Made by a program: the position numbers and the translations under genes
From: Candidatus Binatia bacterium
Lineage (GTDB): Bacteria; Desulfobacterota; Binatia; UBA9968
Length of the DNA: 64,000 bases
NCBI GenBank assembly: GCA_036000865.1
Contig: DASYUV010000002.1
Span: 4,431 to 68,430 of the forward strand
Reading direction: 5' to 3'
Notes under the pieces: generated by a model
What the model saw: the letters and a program-made list of their open reading frames with translations, nothing else
Told to the model about the DNA's origin: nothing
Database searches by the model: none
Shown: one piece after another, positions 62,246 through 64,000 of the stretch
How positions within the stretch are numbered: position 1 is the stretch's first letter
Layout: the number at the start of each line of letters is the position of its first letter

Positions 62246-62488
62246 TCACTCCTCTTTCCACACACTTTCCGGGTGCTGTTCGATCAGCTCATGAATGAAT
62301 TGGGCAAACTGTCCGTTCGCGACGGAACCGTCCGCTTGGATACCGCCATCATGGGTTCCCAAGAGACACATGACACGACCGTCGTTCTCGGTTATTTCGA
62401 CAAAAGAATTCGCTCCAAAAAGAACTTGGACTCTTTTGTATCCGCGCTGCCGATCCCCTTCGATGACAACGGCTCTGATTTTCGCCAT
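62246..62488 (-). CDS. Hypothetical 80-aa protein between two SBP genes
   Basis: GGAGAGG lies 6 nt upstream of the ATG. It is compactly placed (23 nt after the upstream stop, 8 nt before the next start). I recognise no family. Confidence 0.5.
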   Translation of the reverse strand: MAKIRAVVIEGDRQRGYKRVQVLFGANSFVEITENDGRVMCLLGTHDGGIQADGSVANGQFAQFIHELIEQHPESVWKEE

Positions 62489-62511
62489 CTTCGACCTCTC
62501 CGACTGAAGCT

Positions 62512-63597
62512 CTAACGATTGAGTAAAAACTCCTCGCGCAACTGCTGATATGGCTTCTCGTATTGAACCGCATCGTCCGGTGTTAACAGCAAAACCTTAA
62601 TTCCCTTTGCCTCGATATCGATGTCGGGATATCGCGGACGAATGCCCCGCCGCGCCGAGATCCTGCCGCCTTCGGAAAAAATTCTTTGCGCCGGCTCGGA
62701 GAGAATATAATCGAGCAACAATGCCGCGGCGTATGGACGCGGCGTCTTTTTGATAACGCCGACGGGGCTCGGAGTCGCCGGGGTCGGATCGGGATAGGAG
62801 ATCTCCACCGGGCAGCCTCGGGTATGTTTTAAGTCGGCCAATCGGTACGCGTACAAATCGATGGCCGCCTTGAACTCGCCCGCGCACAACAATTGTGCGA
62901 GAAGCGTGTGGCCCTTGCGGATCATGACTTCATTTTTGCTGATCGCCTGCATGTATTTTCGTGTGCGCTCCGGCCCCCAGGTTTTGAACCAGCCCATGAT
63001 CGATTTGTCAGGGTCCATGTCGAGTGCGAAATGACCTTTCCATTTTGGCTCCAAAAAGTCGTCGTATTTTTTCGGCACATCTGCTGCCGCGACTAGACGG
63101 GTATTGTAGGCGATTACCGCGACGTTATAGTCGTAAGCGGACCAGTACCCTTGTCGGTCCTTGTGCGTCTCCGGAAACGCCACTCGCTCGGGAGAATTGT
63201 AACGTCCCGCGATGCCGGCTTTGATCAATGCAGGGATGTGCTCATTGCTGGGCGCCATCACGTCGGCGTCGAGCTTGCCGCCTCGCGCTTCGGTCAATAA
63301 TCGATTGGCAACTCTTTCGCCTGACGCGCGATACCCATCGAGCTTCACGCCATAGCGCTTATCGAAATCGATCCGCAGTCGTTCCAGATGATCGGCGCTC
63401 ACGTTGCCGTACAAGATCGCCTTGCCTTCAGTGCGCGCGCCCGCGACCAGCCTCTTTTGTCGTTCGTCATTCGGCAATTTGCCCAATTCTTGCCAAATCT
63501 CTTCGGGATCCTTCGCGGCGGCGCTAAAGCCTTCAGTCGCACGAACAACCAGGAGCAGCATCGATAGAATGCCCAGCAAACAAATTCTGGTAATCAT
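62512..63597 (-). CDS. ABC transporter periplasmic substrate-binding protein (family 1, Fe3+/polyamine type), orphan
   Basis: ATG 63597 (GGGAG upstream) gives the signal peptide MITRICLLGILSMLLLVVRATEG. It resembles the SBPs at 21809 and 22889 (LTEARGGKLDADV, LLCAGEFKAA). Confidence 0.8.
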   Translation of the reverse strand: MITRICLLGILSMLLLVVRATEGFSAAAKDPEEIWQELGKLPNDERQKRLVAGARTEGKAILYGNVSADHLERLRIDFDKRYGVKLDGYRASGERVANRLLTEARGGKLDADVMAPSNEHIPALIKAGIAGRYNSPERVAFPETHKDRQGYWSAYDYNVAVIAYNTRLVAAADVPKKYDDFLEPKWKGHFALDMDPDKSIMGWFKTWGPERTRKYMQAISKNEVMIRKGHTLLAQLLCAGEFKAAIDLYAYRLADLKHTRGCPVEISYPDPTPATPSPVGVIKKTPRPYAAALLLDYILSEPAQRIFSEGGRISARRGIRPRYPDIDIEAKGIKVLLLTPDDAVQYEKPYQQLREEFLLNR

Positions 63598-63786
63598 CTT
63601 CTTGACTCCCTTTCCCGCGCGAGCGCTCAAAGGAGAATTATGGGATGGGTGCAGCGCAGCAATACCCATCGCCTTTGAGCCCGCCTCCAAAAACCTGGAT
63701 TCCTCACTAGCCTCCTTGACCACCATATGGTCTTGCCCTTAGCCGCAGCAAATCGTTCAAGTTTCGCCTTCCTCGCCAATTCGACA

Positions 63787-64000
63787 CTAGGAACCGCTGA
63801 CGCGCACCCATTCCGGAGGAAACTTGTTGAGACAGCGCGGACCCTGTTCTTCGATGGCAAAGAAATCGCCCAGAAAAACTCCCCTCGTGTGCTTTTTGTC
63901 GACGACGTGCATCTGCAGCGTAAAAACATGACCCACCTGATAAACCAGCCGCCCATCGGGACCGTACAAATAGCGGTCCTCGGCGCTCTGCACGCGGTCG
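63787..64000 (-). CDS. M24-family peptidase/creatinase-like protein, C-terminal part (5' end outside window)
   Basis: The frame is open to the window edge. The C-terminus ..GVFLGDFFAIEEQGPRCLNKFPPEWVRVSGS resembles the end of Xaa-Pro aminopeptidase/creatinase-fold enzymes. Confidence 0.55.
   Translation of the reverse strand, partial: DRVQSAEDRYLYGPDGRLVYQVGHVFTLQMHVVDKKHTRGVFLGDFFAIEEQGPRCLNKFPPEWVRVSGS

Overview
A 64-kb piece of a moderately GC-rich bacterial chromosome (GC judged by eye at mid-50s %, not computed). There is no rRNA or complete tRNA, so taxonomy is open; the gene content and repeat types suggest an uncultivated soil or sediment heterotroph. The content is metabolic and transport-dominated: a CoxL/CoxM-type molybdenum dehydrogenase (5' end cut), phnCDEE phosphonate uptake, two Bcp peroxiredoxins, thiI, several SDRs and VOC/glyoxalase proteins, an Fe3+/polyamine-type ABC operon, an aapJQM-like amino-acid importer, a phospholipid operon (CDP-alcohol transferase, cdsA, plsC), an amidase, 3-hydroxyanthranilate dioxygenase, PPK2, and 11 periplasmic solute-binding-protein genes, most without a transporter. 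I saw no phage, integrase, CRISPR or recognisable defence genes. Three things are not explained by the ORF track. (1) Two genes need UGA read as selenocysteine. One is a GrdE/GrdB-like selenoprotein-B module (52409-55012) with no other glycine-reductase genes nearby. The other is a Sec version of Bcp (9081-9548), 3 kb from its Cys paralog. Both have a hairpin just 3' of the UGA. (2) There is a dense network of structured intergenic repeats in at least six families. These include a 136-bp MITE with 17-bp inverted repeats and an 8-bp target duplication, and a four-helix-bundle (23S-IVS-type) gene sitting between the two arms of a split palindrome. (3) An unusual number of genes are frame-disrupted, including one broken by a 14-bp tandem duplication. 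This is either real gene decay or indel error and needs read-level checking. All product calls come from motif recognition by eye; no database search was run.
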